A DNA stretch of 64,000 bases from Octopus vulgaris. Lineage: Eukaryota. The notes beneath the pieces are model-generated. The model saw only the letters and a list, made by a program, of their open reading frames with translations. It was not told where the DNA came from and searched no databases. The position numbers and the translations under genes were made by a program. Location of the stretch: assembly GCA_951406725.2 (NCBI GenBank), contig OX597815.1, forward strand, positions 143,158,001-143,222,000, written 5' to 3'. Below, piece by piece: positions 1 to 12,832 of the stretch (position 1 is its first letter; the number at the start of each line of letters is the position of its first letter).

Positions 1-299
1 GCATGCCTATATTCGCAGAGTACTTTAGTGTGATGGCGATATTATTCCGATCCATGTCTCACTTTCTGCACTCGCGACCTGTCATCAACGAAGAAGAGAT
101 GGAAACTTCAGTGAACGAATTTCTCACCTCAAAGGATAAGAACTGGTATCAACATGGGATCAAAGAACTGGCAGAAAGGTGACTCAGGCGGTGCAACACA
201 ATGGTCTCTTCTTCGAATGCTAGGCTACTTATGTTGTAACTTGACGAATGAAGCAAATATGTTACCAAAATATTGCGAAAATGTTGACTCAACACAATA
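1..299 (+). mobile_element. Decayed mariner transposon 3' end (transposase C-terminus plus right TIR remnant)
   Basis: Frame from 42 reads LFRSMSHFLHSRPVINEEEMETSVNEFLTSKDKNWYQHGIKELAER* and, after a frameshift, VQHNGLFFE. This matches the mariner C-terminus pattern (LFRSL..F...FY..GI.KL.ERW..V...NG.Y). Ends in a TIR-like TGCGAAAATGTTGACTCAACACAATA. Confidence 0.85.
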
Positions 300-316
300 C
301 ATACATATTACAGACG

Positions 317-445
317 TAATTTCCATCTACAAATTCCACTCTCAAGGTGTTGATGAAGTCGAGGCTGAAGTTGATGACACTTACCTGAAATGCTGTACAG
401 CGAGATCGAATCCAGAACCATGTGATTGCGAAGGGAGCGTCCAAA
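317..445 (-). mobile_element. Old diverged SINE-B head fragment
   Basis: Reverse complement aligns by eye to the 5' ~130 nt of the SINE-B copy at 45370. A similar decayed plus-strand copy lies at about 1685-1840. Confidence 0.6.
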
Positions 446-1179
446 CTACAGGGCTATGCATTCTTAAAAGCAATTTCCTTTTAGATGTAACTGACCACTT
501 GAGACTGTTCCACTTCATGCTTAAGCCATGGGCATAGCATGTACACATTACCCCACTCTTTTAAAGATCTGTGAGATTCTGCTTCATAAACAATCGATAA
601 ATCTCATCTATAGAGCATGTGATTAGTTTTGCTGGCCTCAAAATGTAGCCGATTCAGTCAGTGCGTGTCATATCATTGGTATTATTTTTATCGATTCTCA
701 GATGGGATGACGCTTAAAATTGATCCCCAGAGAAATTTTAACATAGAAAATTGAAAGAAGTAGATATGTACACCATCAAGATTGCTCCTGTAGATCTTCT
801 GTCAGTTACTGTCAGCAATAAACACCATTAGATTTGAAACTTACTCACTTAGTATGATTCTGAAGGTGACAAGTTTAGAATAAATATTTATAAATCAGCC
901 CTGAATCACGAGTGTTTGCTTTAATCTATACAGGCTCTTAAAGATCGATAACTCATTAGCACCCATACCAACCGACTGTCTATAGGAGGAAGTATATAAC
1001 ATAATTTTCGGTGTTCATTCTGATCAGACTCAATAAAAAATGAAGTGAGATGCAAAGTCCATCTCTGGGTGTTACAAAGTAAATGTAGTTTAAAGTATAA
1101 ACTTGAATCGGTGCCCAAATAACTTTGATTTCTGCTGAACTTAAACCTAGTGTACTACAATCAACTTCGTGGCTTCCAT

Positions 1180-1182
<3 letters not shown>

Positions 1183-1260
<78 letters not shown>
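1183..1260. repeat. (CT)n microsatellite
   Basis: Perfect dinucleotide run; source of the poly-ER ORF. A second (CT)n lies at about 1476-1525. Confidence 0.98.
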
Positions 1261-1265
<5 letters not shown>

Positions 1266-1493
1266 AATACATTTCACCAAAAGTGAAATGTATTGGTTAA
1301 CATAGAGATGTTTTCCCAATGTGAAAGCATGTGTCCTAGTTTTGAATGTTGGCCTCGCGATCATAAGGTTACATTTTCGATTCCTTAACCGGGCAGTCTG
1401 TTGTGTCTTTGAGAAAGGAACTTCAAGTTTCTTCAGTTCACTCAATGCAAAATGAGAACCAGCACTACTGACACATCTCTCTCTCTCTCTCTC

Positions 1494-1527
<34 letters not shown>

Positions 1528-2065
1528 TCAATGTAGCTTGTCAAATCATTGATAACACCTTGTTCAAGGGTTGGCAGTCCCAGAGAGGGACTATGATAGC
1601 TCACGTCTACATCTGCACCTAAAAAACATCGAAAGCGTTGTACAACATATCAGACTATACTCACTTGGAACATACAATACAAATAGGCATGGTTGTGAGG
1701 ATAAGAAGCTCGTTTGGGAACTGCATGGCTTCATATTTAAACACTGTATGTAACACCTTGGACGTGTATCTCCTATCATAGCCTTGGGTCAAACAAATTT
1801 CTATGAGTAAAACTTTGAAGACGATAAGTATTCAGAAGTTTATTGAAGAGATCGTTCCGAACGAACGACCAGGTCAACGCTGCTTTTCATATTTACAGGG
1901 TCGGACTATAAGATACCAACCAAAAGGCAGATTCGAAAGACAGCTACTAATGCCTTGAAGACTATAGCCGAGAACCACCCAGTGACTATAGCTGAGGACC
2001 ACCCAAAATTAAATTGAAGCCAGTATTATACGGACGAGGATAGGGGATAGAGCCCATCAGACACA

Positions 2066-2376
2066 ATTGTTGTTGTTTGTTCCTTCTCGAGCCATTCCTG
2101 GCTCATAAGGGTTGGTTTACCGGTTTCATTGGCGTATAGGTTCCTCACCTGGACGGGACGTCGGTCCATCGCAGGTGACGTGGTAGATGCAGGAGGAAAG
2201 AGTGAGAGAAAGTTGTGGCGAAAGAGTAAGCAGAAGTTTACCATTACCTTCTGCCGGACCGTGTGGAGCTTAGGTGTTTCGCTCATAAACACACACATCG
2301 CCCGGTCTGAGATTCGAACACGCGATCCTTCGTCCGCGTGTCCGCTGCTTTAACAACTAGGCCATGCGCCTCCGCT
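2066..2376 (-). mobile_element. tRNA-derived SINE-C, full length with 10-bp TSD
   Basis: Minus strand begins GGAGGCGCATGGCCTAGTTGTTAAAGCAGCGG (A box) with GTTCGAATC B box and an (AAC)n tail. ATCAGACACA is duplicated at 2056-2065 and 2377-2386. Confidence 0.9.
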
Positions 2377-2409
2377 ATCAGACACAGGTATCTTTATGAG
2401 TCTAGTTAA

Positions 2410-2825
2410 GTCGGGGAGCTGGCAGAAGCGTTACCGCACTGTGCAAAATGCTTAGTAGCATTTCGTCCGTCTTTAGTTCTGAGTTCAGATTCCCATGGGT
2501 CGACTTTGCCTTTTATCCTTTCGGAATAGATGTAAACGACTATCCCCTCCCCCAAACTTGCTGGCCTTGTGCCGAAATTTGAAACCATTATTAATCGCGT
2601 AGTTAGAGCGGTGAGTTGGCAGAATCGTTAGCAATTCGGACATGATTATTAGCGGGACTGCTTCCAGATCTTTAAGTTCCAAATTCAAGTCTTGTTGAGT
2701 TTGACTTTGCCTCTCATCCCTTCAAGGTCGATAGAATAAGTAAGTACCAGTCGAGTGCTGCGGTTGATAACATAAACTTGTCCCTCTCCTAAAATTCCTG
2801 GCCTAGTGCCAGGATTTGAAATCTT
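2410..2825 (+). mobile_element. Two tandem older SINE-A copies
   Basis: GAGCTGGCAGAA head, GTCGACTTTGCCTTTCATCCTT core and GGCCTTGTGCC..TTTGAAA tail, at about 2410-2590 and 2610-2825. Confidence 0.85.
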
Positions 2826-3401
2826 TATCACGAGCCCAGTTATCTTCAGCTCTGAAAATATTACGCCCGACGCTAGTTGACAGAACAATATAATATGAAT
2901 CATTTTATGTGGCGAGCTTTATTTCGATTCAAGATTCTTATAATTCATTTTGTGAACTCTACAAATGTTTCTGAGAAAGTATTGAACATCCAATAATTTC
3001 ATGTTGCTTGTGTAGTTGTGGCTAATTAAGAAATCAATATTAAGCAAGACTTTATACTTATAATACTATTCACATACAGATCAGATCGATGTCAATCAGG
3101 CAAAGGATATTTTATTTAGTAATATGGCATCACTTGCTTATTCTGAGATAGAGCTATCAATTCCTGTAATTCTTGTAAGAAGCTTCAAGCCTGATAAATA
3201 TATATGGAAGTTTGCAAAGTTGTCTCTATGTATAAGATTCAATTGTTGAACATACATTTGTTTCTAGCATATATTTTAGATATAAATGAAAATACGCATT
3301 TGTTTTGAAATATGTGTACATTAGCATTCAATAGTTTATCAATGTCTGTACAAGTACGTGCATGAACAGACACATATGTATATATACATACACATATATA
3401 C

Positions 3402-3432
<31 letters not shown>

Positions 3433-3454
3433 TGTATGTATGTATGTATGTATG

Positions 3455-3485
<31 letters not shown>

Positions 3486-3900
3486 CACTAAGCTGATTCA
3501 AGCTTTAGGCTTCAATGGCTCGACGAGGGAAAGAGTGGCTATGAGAGGAATATAGGCAAGCAGATATGAAGGCAATTATGCGCATAAACAATTATATGCA
3601 TATATTGAGTTGAGCAACAATTTGTTATTTGAGGCTACCTATCGAATGTCCGCAAACTGTCAGGGTTATTATCGTACCACCATGTATGGTAAAACGCGCC
3701 TATAATAAAATAGATATCATGCATTAAGTCGAAAGTATATCAATAGGAACAAGTATCATCTTGCATGCGTGATGTGGTTAGATTAATAACTCCTTATGGA
3801 CCATAGACGAGTTGGATTTAGATTTCAAAGAGTACTGGATCGTCCTCCTAACGAAGCAGTTCAGCTGAGTTAATTTTGTCAATATCATCTGGTCTTATAT

Positions 3901-4297
3901 TCTTTTCAACTCTAGGCACAAGGCCCGAAATTTAGGGGGAGGGGGCAGTCAATTACATCGACCCTAGTACGAAACTAGTACTTAATTTATCGACACCGAA
4001 AGAATGAAAGGCAAAGTCAACCTTGGTGGAATTATAACTCAGAACGTAAAGGCAGATGAAATACCTATTTCTTTACTACCCACAAAGTGCTAAACACAGA
4101 GAGGACAAACAAGGACAGACAAACGGATTAAGTCGATTATATCGACCCCAGTGCGTAACTGGTACTTAATTTATCGACCCTGAAAGAATGAAAGGCAAAG
4201 TCGACCACGGCGGAATTTGAACTCAGAACATAAAGACAGATGAAATACTGTTAAGTATTTCGCCCGTCGTGCTAACGTTTCTGCCATCTCGCCGCCT
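3901..4297 (-). mobile_element. SINE-A dimer with 16-bp TSD, inserted into the Helitron
   Basis: TCATCTGGTCTTATAT (3885-3900) and TCATCTCGTCTTATAT (4298-4313) flank two core units joined at about 4064. Confidence 0.9.
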
Positions 4298-4967
4298 TCA
4301 TCTCGTCTTATATCGTCATTGCATCAGATCAGTGTATTAAAGGAAGTCCTCTCTTCTGCCATTTTATACTGGTCATACATACACAGCGTTCACCAAAGAT
4401 TCTCTCTTCTTTTTGAAGCCAGAGTAGCTTCTTTTGCTTCTCGGGGAACATTCGAACAATGAGATCTTGTAAATCCCTTGGTTTCTCATGTTGAAAATTT
4501 TCACCTGAGATTTCTGTCCATTTCAAGTTACAGGCAAATGTAATGAAAAGATTCGGTAATCCAAATTTTCTGACATAAACCAACTGCAGCTTGCTTTCTT
4601 CCATGCATGTAACGGAGCCCTTGCGTGAAGCTTGACAAAGGGATGACAGCCTAAACAATATTTCTGGGATCACCATCATTCGTGATAGCATCTCCAAGAT
4701 AAATATTATCATCTGTCTCTAATATTTCTTAGTTTCTTCACAGGAACTCCAACATCTCTATTTCAATTTTGACATTTGTGTCCACTATTAACTGATTGGT
4801 TGCTTCCTTGAATTGCGCAACTTGATTGAACTGATCTGATCTCGTAACGTGAAAGAAAAGGCGTAGAATACTTTACATCTGAATGTTCGGACGATTCCTT
4901 GTCTTGTTTCCGAGTTGATTTGCCGTAGCAGAAAATGGTAAATACTTTGATCATTCTTAGGCAGAGA

Positions 4968-5010
4968 GTCAGACAGACAGACAGACAAGCAGATAAACAG
5001 ACGGACAGAC

Positions 5011-5106
<96 letters not shown>

Positions 5107-5162
5107 GCATAGATAGACAGACAGACAGACAGATAGATAGACAGGCAGACAGACAGACAGAC

Positions 5163-5261
<99 letters not shown>

Positions 5262-5262
5262 G
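4968..5262. repeat. Compound (AGAC)n/(AGAT)n microsatellite
   Basis: Direct inspection; separates two copies of the same Helitron segment. Confidence 0.97.
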
Positions 5263-6101
5263 ATAAATGTAATGAAAAGATTCGGCTGTCCAAATTTTTT
5301 TGACATAAGCTTACTGAATCTTGATTTCTTCTATACATGTAACGGGGCCCTTTTCAACAGATCGACAAAAGGATGACAGGTTAAACAATATTTCCGGGTT
5401 CACCATCTTTCGTGACAGCATCTCGAAGATATATATAATCATCTTTCTTTAATATTTCTAGGTTTCTTCACAGAAACTCCAACATTTCTGTTTCAATTTT
5501 GACGTACATGTCCAACATAATTCCAATATCAACATTGATATATTTGCTGTATCAGCATTAATACTCTGTAGGTAGACCTTTGTCTCCTCCTAGTGTCGTT
5601 CATGAGTTTCAGTATACGCTTAAGGATACTGACGTACAAATACATTTTCTTATAATTTCAAATTATGCATAACAGCAATCCGCCATCTTTGTTGAGCTTC
5701 TCTTTCTTTGTCATCCATGAAGTAAGCCTTATACAAATTTGTGAAGCTCCAGGGTTATATTAGAAGACAACCCATTAAAATGTAGCACTTTCGAAAGTCT
5801 GTCATATTCCTACCATCTCCGATGTATGTTATTTGAAATGCTGAACAGTATTTTAGAAGCTTGCTCCGAAAGCCCGGTGCTTCTTGCGGGAGCAGATCTT
5901 TGAAAAGTTTAGAGGTCTTGTATTGTTGAGAGCGTGACTTTAGCTCCTGAGTAGCATAGGCACTTGAAACTGATATACACTTCACAGATATACACTTCAC
6001 ACTCACCGAAATTAAAACTTACGTGAAATATCCTGAAACAGTCGTTGATTTGAATGTACGTGCTTTGTAATTTGATTTCGCTATATGCATAAATACATAC
6101 A

Positions 6102-6132
<31 letters not shown>

Positions 6133-6134
<2 letters not shown>

Positions 6135-6383
6135 CACCACCATGATCACCATGACCGACCAGGCTATCAGATGTTGCTACACACCGCTGGTCACAATGCG
6201 CTTCGCATTGTTTTAGTTTTCGAATGACGCCACACCGCTGGCTAAGCGAGCAGGCCAACAGAAGAAAGAGTGAGAGAAAGTTGTGGAGCTTCATGTGTTT
6301 TCGGTCAATAAACACTCACAACGCCCGGTCTGGTAATCGAAACCGCGAGTCCGCTGCCCTAACCACTGGGCCATTGCGTCTCC
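6133..6383 (-). mobile_element. tRNA-derived SINE-C variant
   Basis: Minus strand GGAGACGCAATGGCCCAGTGGTTAGGGCAGCGG head; body shared with the 2066 copy, tail shared with the 20530 copy. Confidence 0.85.
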
Positions 6384-6397
6384 ACACACACACACAC

Positions 6398-6432
<35 letters not shown>

Positions 6433-6458
6433 TGTATGTATGTATGTATGTATGTATG

Positions 6459-6496
<38 letters not shown>

Positions 6497-7176
6497 GGTA
6501 AAATAGAATTCGATGGATGCTAGCAATTACCTAGTACGTAGATAAATGGAAACTAATATTATACCAAGTCACGTCAGTGTAATACTGATTGTACACCGAA
6601 ACATACATCAACGTAGTAATCTTCTTTAAGAAGAATTAACTGATAAAACAAAATATTCGTTTATAAACTGGCATGAATTCAGGCATTGTTTGAGAGGTAA
6701 TGAAAATAAACAGGATTAACTGAAGTGGAAGAGAGCGGCATTTCGGAGGCAAATTAAAATCTACAACGAATGTCACGCAAGCTAGTTGTAATAAACTGTT
6801 TCTTTGAATGTGTTCTTTAGTTTCACTTCACAATCGTATATATTTATCAATAGCTATACCAGACAGATGTATAAATGGAGTTTGGAATCTCTAAATAAAC
6901 GTTTTCAGTAATTTCAGACCAATATTGTATTAACATACTGTTACAGTAAATATAAATTTTTAATGGTGTTTCAACAGTCGAATGTTTAACTGATATGAGA
7001 AAAAAGTTGTATTCATTTATCGTGTCATACAGTGTTTATCTAGATGTGATGACTTGTGAAGTTGATAGTCACAAGTCGAATTTCAGAAGGTTGAATTTCG
7101 ATATAGAATTAACGGCTACTTTACATATGCTAAACCATATTCAACCATAGAAAAAATACTCACTATTATTAACATA

Positions 7177-7975
7177 TTGGTTTCAAATTTTGGCACAAGG
7201 CCAGCAATTTCTGGGGTGAGATAAATCGATTACGTCGACCCCAGTGCTCAGCTGATACTTATTTTATCGATCCCGAAAGGATGAAAGACAAAATCAGCTT
7301 CGACGGAATTTAAACTCAGAACGTAAAATCAAACAAAATGTCTGTACGTATTTATGCTGACGCGGTAAATATTCTGTCAGCTCGCCACCTTATACTATCA
7401 TTTATTCTTTTCTACTCTAGGCACAAGGCCCGAAATTTTGAGGAGAGGGCCAGTTGATTAGATCGATTCCAGTACACAACTGGTGCTTAATTTATAAATA
7501 TTTCTTTATTGCCCACAGAGGGTTAAACATAGAGGGGACAAACGAGGACACACAAAGGGATTAGGTCGATTACATCGACCACAGTGCGTAACTGGTACTT
7601 ATGTAATCGACCCCGAGAGGATGAAAGGCAAAGTCGACCTCGGCGGAATTTGAACTCAGAACGTAGCGACAGACAAAATATAGCTAAGCATTTCGCCCGG
7701 TGTGCTAATGATTCTGCTAGCTCGCCAGACAGACGAAATACTTATTTCTTTACTACCCACAAGGGGCTAAACACAGAGAGGACGAACAAGGACAGACAAA
7801 CGGATTAAGCCGATTATATCGACCCCAGCGCGTAACTGGTACTTATTTAATTGACCTCGAAAGGATGAAAGGCAAGGTCGACCTCGGCGGAGTTTGAACT
7901 CAGTAGGTAACGGCAGACGAAATACGGCTACGCATTTCGCCCGGCGTGCTAACGTTTCTGCCAGCTCGCCGCCTT
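7177..7975 (-). mobile_element. SINE-A cluster: older monomer (about 7177-7390) plus younger multimer (about 7404-7975)
   Basis: Repeated GAAAGGCAAAGTCGACCTCGGCGGAATTTGAACTCAGAACG cores; TTATACTAT is duplicated at about 7390 and 7975. Confidence 0.9.
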
Positions 7976-8874
7976 TATACTATTATTCATTAACATATTA
8001 ATGATGCGTTTAAAACAAGTAAATATACGGTAGTTATGATTACGATATTGTGTCTTGATGTAACACCAATTTCTTCACACACTTAATACAAAAGAACAGT
8101 CTTCATATATATATACACACAATTGCTTGAGCAAAGGTATAAGGTGAGATACATCTCCAAGATGTCAGTTGTCCTTCCGATTCTGAATCTATAATAATTC
8201 CTATTAATACTCGTTGTTAGGTAGTTATTGACGACCATGTCATTTTGAGGTGAAATCCACGCCACGTCCTTCAAAAATTAACTCTATTGTAAATCGTATT
8301 AGAAGTCCACTCACAATGGTTTGTAATGAAGTATTTATGTAAATGAACACGTCATCAGCGGGGGAGACGAGCGTATTTAAAATTAGGACCAATAATCATA
8401 AGAAATGTATGAATATTTTAGTTGTCCTCGATCTACTGAAATGAATGTTAGTGTCATAGGTCATATACCATTCTGCATTTATTTCAAAGCAGCTTTCGGA
8501 ATTCGATATTTTAAACATCGGAGATTCTGTTTATGCAGGAAAACTAATGTTGTTCTCTCTCTTCGCTGTCACTAACAACGTTGGTGCTTTAACGTTTCTA
8601 TTGGTTATATGAAGAGGTTAAAAAACGAGTAGGACGAAAACATTTTCAGAAAAAGTGAGTAGGACGAAAACATTTTCAGAATAGTACAATTGTTATTCAA
8701 ACTCTTTTTAAGATGCTAATGGGAAAGAGATAGAGAGAGATGTAAATAAACCAATGCTATATAACCATCACTCCTCTCCCTTACACTCTCTCTTTCTCAC
8801 TTTCTCTTTATGATTTTATAACTATCTCTCGTGTTACCTCTATGTTCACTTTTCTCTTTCTTTCACACCCTCCA

Positions 8875-8918
<44 letters not shown>

Positions 8919-9897
8919 GCTCACTCATTCTTTATACATGCTTCCCATTGTCTCCCTCTCTCTACTTCTCTCTTTCTCTCTCTCTCATTCTCTCTCTCTC
9001 TCCTCCTTCTCTCTCTCTAATCCATTTTCTCTCCAATATTATTTCTCGTGTAACATACTATCTATCTTGTTCAAACTTTTTTTATACATACTAATATGCA
9101 AAAATCAAAACAAAAACTGAAATTTAAAATGTTACTGTTTTGTATTTCAAAACAAATTTATATAGTTTATATAGGCGAGAGCGATGCCAACTAATATATA
9201 GTTTTTATGGGTATTCGTTCGTAGTATCTAAACACACACATAATGACAAATCAGACACGCACGCACACATACACACTCGCATATATTAATGTTTTTTTTT
9301 TCATATATATATATAGTTTATATATAAAACAGTTGAACATTAAACTCAAGGATCATCTCATATTTTTAGTAGATTACCATATTTATAAGTTTTTACACGA
9401 AAAAGGTTGACTGTCGATTGTGACTTCGAAGTCTTAGTATACAATCGGTCACCAAAACTGATTTAATTTTGTTTTCATGCCCTTCATGTAGTGGGTTTCG
9501 GATGAGATATTCTTTTGGTGGGTAGAGTGATGCATATGAAAATTAGTCGTGGTGCGAGGTTGTAGGCAGGAAAGAGGAGTTAACTCGATTGGAAGAGAAC
9601 GATGGAGAGGGGATGCAAAGTATATGTTTGTAGATGTGAGTAAAGAGGAAGATATAGTGATGACGGGTTCTTTCTAGTTTAATAAAGGGTGTCTTTTTTT
9701 ATCATTTCTCTCTGCCTCTTATTATTTCAACAAACTCTTTTAACCATATAATTCCCCTCTCCACGTCGTTAACATTTATTTTTTCTCTTCCTCTTTGTCT
9801 TCGCCTCTCACCAAAGGTGGCTATCTGCGCACACACACACACACACAGACACACACATACATATAAGTATGTATATATATATATATATATATACGTA

Positions 9898-9941
<44 letters not shown>

Positions 9942-11276
9942 GTAGTGTATATGTATACTTACACACACACATACATGTATACATTACATATACATATATA
10001 TGTGTGTGTGCGCGCAAGATAGTTGGCTGCTAAATACCACTGCCTCTTTCCAAAAAGCCAAACGATGAAACGAATCGCATGTTTGATTCACATAATAAAT
10101 GATATATCTTGGCATAAATACGTGTTTACGCAATTATTTGTTTTTTATGGTATTTGTAGGCTGTGTAACACTGCATCATTTTTCTTTATATCAAAAAAAT
10201 TTAGAACATATTGTTAAAATTTTGCACATATTGTTCAGTATTTGTTTTTAAATAATTTACGTCAATTTAAACGAATTAAGTTGTCTTATCTTCATATGTA
10301 TAACTGTATCTCTCTTCCCATCTCTCCTCGAAACGTTAAATCCTTCTTTAATATTCTCCTGAGCGTCAACCTTGTTCTTTCATCTCATCTTGATGCTTTC
10401 TTTATTTTTGGAGTATTCATACATACATACATTACATACATACATACAAACATACATACATACATACATACATACATACATACAAACATACATACATACA
10501 TACATACATACACATACACAAATATGACGAGCACAGATGCATATGTATGATAGTATTCCTGCACTCTATGTGTGATTTTAGCTATGGCCACTTTCCCCAT
10601 TATTCTGCAGTTCCATATCTGCATGTATACATATGTAACCCATGTTTATCGATTTCGCTCTCTCTTTCTCCCCGCTTTCTCCTTCGCTCTTTCTCTATAT
10701 CCATACATATGTATGCATCTGCAAATGTGCATATACACGTGTGTGAACGTATATCTACAAGTATGTATATATATGTGTGTATTTTTATACAGTATATTTC
10801 CGTATGTTTCGTATGTATTTCAGGATAAATTTACTGTTTTATCAGGAAAACTAAACACGCATTACAATAGTTTATCGGGGCCAACAAAGTGCTCCTGTTT
10901 AAAATGTTGGAGTAAATCGATGAAATATCCTTTATCTACTTCACCTGTATGATGAGGGAATTCTCAGCTGGATTTGAAGATAATTATTCTTGCAACAACC
11001 TTTCCTCTTTCACCAAATGGTCGGTCGAACTTCAACAAAGGCTGTTCAAATATACTGATGCATATCTATGTATGTATAGAAGTATGTATGCATTTATGTA
11101 TTTATGAATATATGTATGTATGTATTTATGTACGTATGTATGTATGTATGTATATATATATATGTATGTGTGTGTACATATGCATGTATCATATATATGT
11201 AAGTATACATGTATATTCATATACATACATACATGTATGTATGTACGTATGTATGCATGTATACATGTATGTATGG

Positions 11277-11317
<41 letters not shown>

Positions 11318-11468
11318 CCTATATCTATATATCTATGCGTGAGTGTTTATAGGAATAGTGTAAATGTGCGTCCGCATTGCAGAATCAGTAAGACAAAACT
11401 CCTAAAATATAACAGTTGTTGTTGTTGTTGTTGTTATTATTATCATTATTATTATTATTATTATTATT

Positions 11469-11618
11469 CAGTAGTTTTATTTTTATAGCGTGCTTACACT
11501 TCCCTACCGAGCGCAGCTCTGTGTGCCTTAGGTATGTGCTATGATTTATTGTGATGCTCTGATGGTTATTGTATGGAAAGTGTTCTGCGTAGGATGTGTG
11601 CAGTGCCTAGTAGTGCAA
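11469..11618 (-). mobile_element. 5'-truncated Dong/R4-clade non-LTR element 3' end inside (TAA)n
   Basis: Minus strand encodes ALLGTAHILRRTLSIQ* (R4/Dong C-terminal LLGTA.ILR motif), then a 3' UTR; (TTA)n tracts on both sides. Confidence 0.8.
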
Positions 11619-11707
<89 letters not shown>

Positions 11708-11717
11708 CATTATTATT

Positions 11718-11752
<35 letters not shown>

Positions 11753-11774
11753 TATCATCATTGTTATTATTATT
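11619..11774. repeat. (TTA)n grading into (TCA)n
   Basis: Direct inspection. Confidence 0.97.
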
Positions 11775-12270
11775 GAGTGAGAGAGCAGTGCATGCTAACA
11801 AAGGAACACTAGGGTAAAATATACAAAGCCCAGTATACCCATCATGACTACCCGCCTGATAAGGGTAAACCAGACACATGCATCACATCCATATGTGCGT
11901 GGCATGGTGATCTCATATCAAGATAAACAGCATAACCTTGCAGGTGGGGCTCTGTTAGAACTTTCGTCAGGTCGAGCAGCCCATCCAGTTCAATAGGTCC
12001 CTGAATAAGGGATGTTTAGTGGTGTTGAACGAAACGCCAAAGTCTTCAGGGGTGAATTCTTCAAACCCAAAAGAATTCCTCTCAACACATGGCTATGATG
12101 CCCCCACCACTACCCCTGCTCGTGATCAGAGATGTAGATATAGTCAGCCACTAAAGGACATGCTCTACTGGTTAAGGTCAAACAACTGATACGCAATTCT
12201 GAGTAGAATATTTGCTGTAGCCCATCTTTTATACCAAGACAAAATATGTACAAGATAACGCTTTCAATCA
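11775..12270 (-). mobile_element. Unclassified interspersed repeat, probably a retroelement 3' region ending in (AAT)n
   Basis: GC-richer block between (TTA)n tracts with no ORF. The class is inferred only from the tail context. Confidence 0.35.
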
Positions 12271-12456
12271 ATTATAATTATTATTGTTGTTGTTGTTTGT
12301 AGGGAATTTGTAATAATGGTACACCCCTCCCACGTGACGAGTGGAATGAACCACACACACATATATATGTATATGTAATGTATACATATATGTGTGTGTG
12401 TGTGTAAGTATACATATACACTACATATATATATACATGCATACTTATATGTATGT

Positions 12457-12515
<59 letters not shown>

Positions 12516-12517
<2 letters not shown>

Positions 12518-12610
12518 TTCTCTGTTTTTATTTTTCGGATTCCTTACCCACCGATAGTAAAAAGAAAAGCCGGTTTCTGACCAAGAAACAAAAATCTGTC
12601 ATAGGAATGG
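12516..12610 (-). mobile_element. 3' UTR-only fragment of the R4/Dong-like RLE family
   Basis: Shares the AGAAACCGG.TTT motif with 14373-14460 and with the 3' UTR of 16118-16592; followed by (CA)n on the minus strand. Confidence 0.5.
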
Positions 12611-12645
12611 ACACGTCAGTGACGCACGCATGCTCGTGCGTGTGC

Positions 12646-12772
<127 letters not shown>

Positions 12773-12832
12773 TATGATTGCAGGTACGAGACAGATATGA
12801 TGCATGTATACTTATATGCTTGCTTGTTCATA

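Larger units (their letters stand above)
3560..6100 (-). mobile_element. Decayed Helitron Rep (HUH) coding region, interrupted by a SINE and a microsatellite
   Basis: Minus-strand peptides in Helitron order: CLCYSGAKVTL; KYCSAFQITYIG; LDMYVKIETEMLEFL*RN..DDYIYLRDAV; [11 protein letters not shown]; YVRKFGLPNLFITFACNLKW; IFG..IKWQKRGLPLIH; and, across the SINE at 3901-4297, DIRPDDIDKINSAEL..DPVLFEI..VYGP. Many stops and frameshifts. Confidence 0.92.

Noticed and set aside
154-537. 127-aa ORF as a host gene
   Set aside because: It overlaps a mariner remnant out of frame and an antisense SINE fragment.
7177-7975. Regularly spaced repeats suggesting a CRISPR-like array
   Set aside because: The units are ~180-bp SINE multimers without unique spacers; eukaryotic context and no cas genes.
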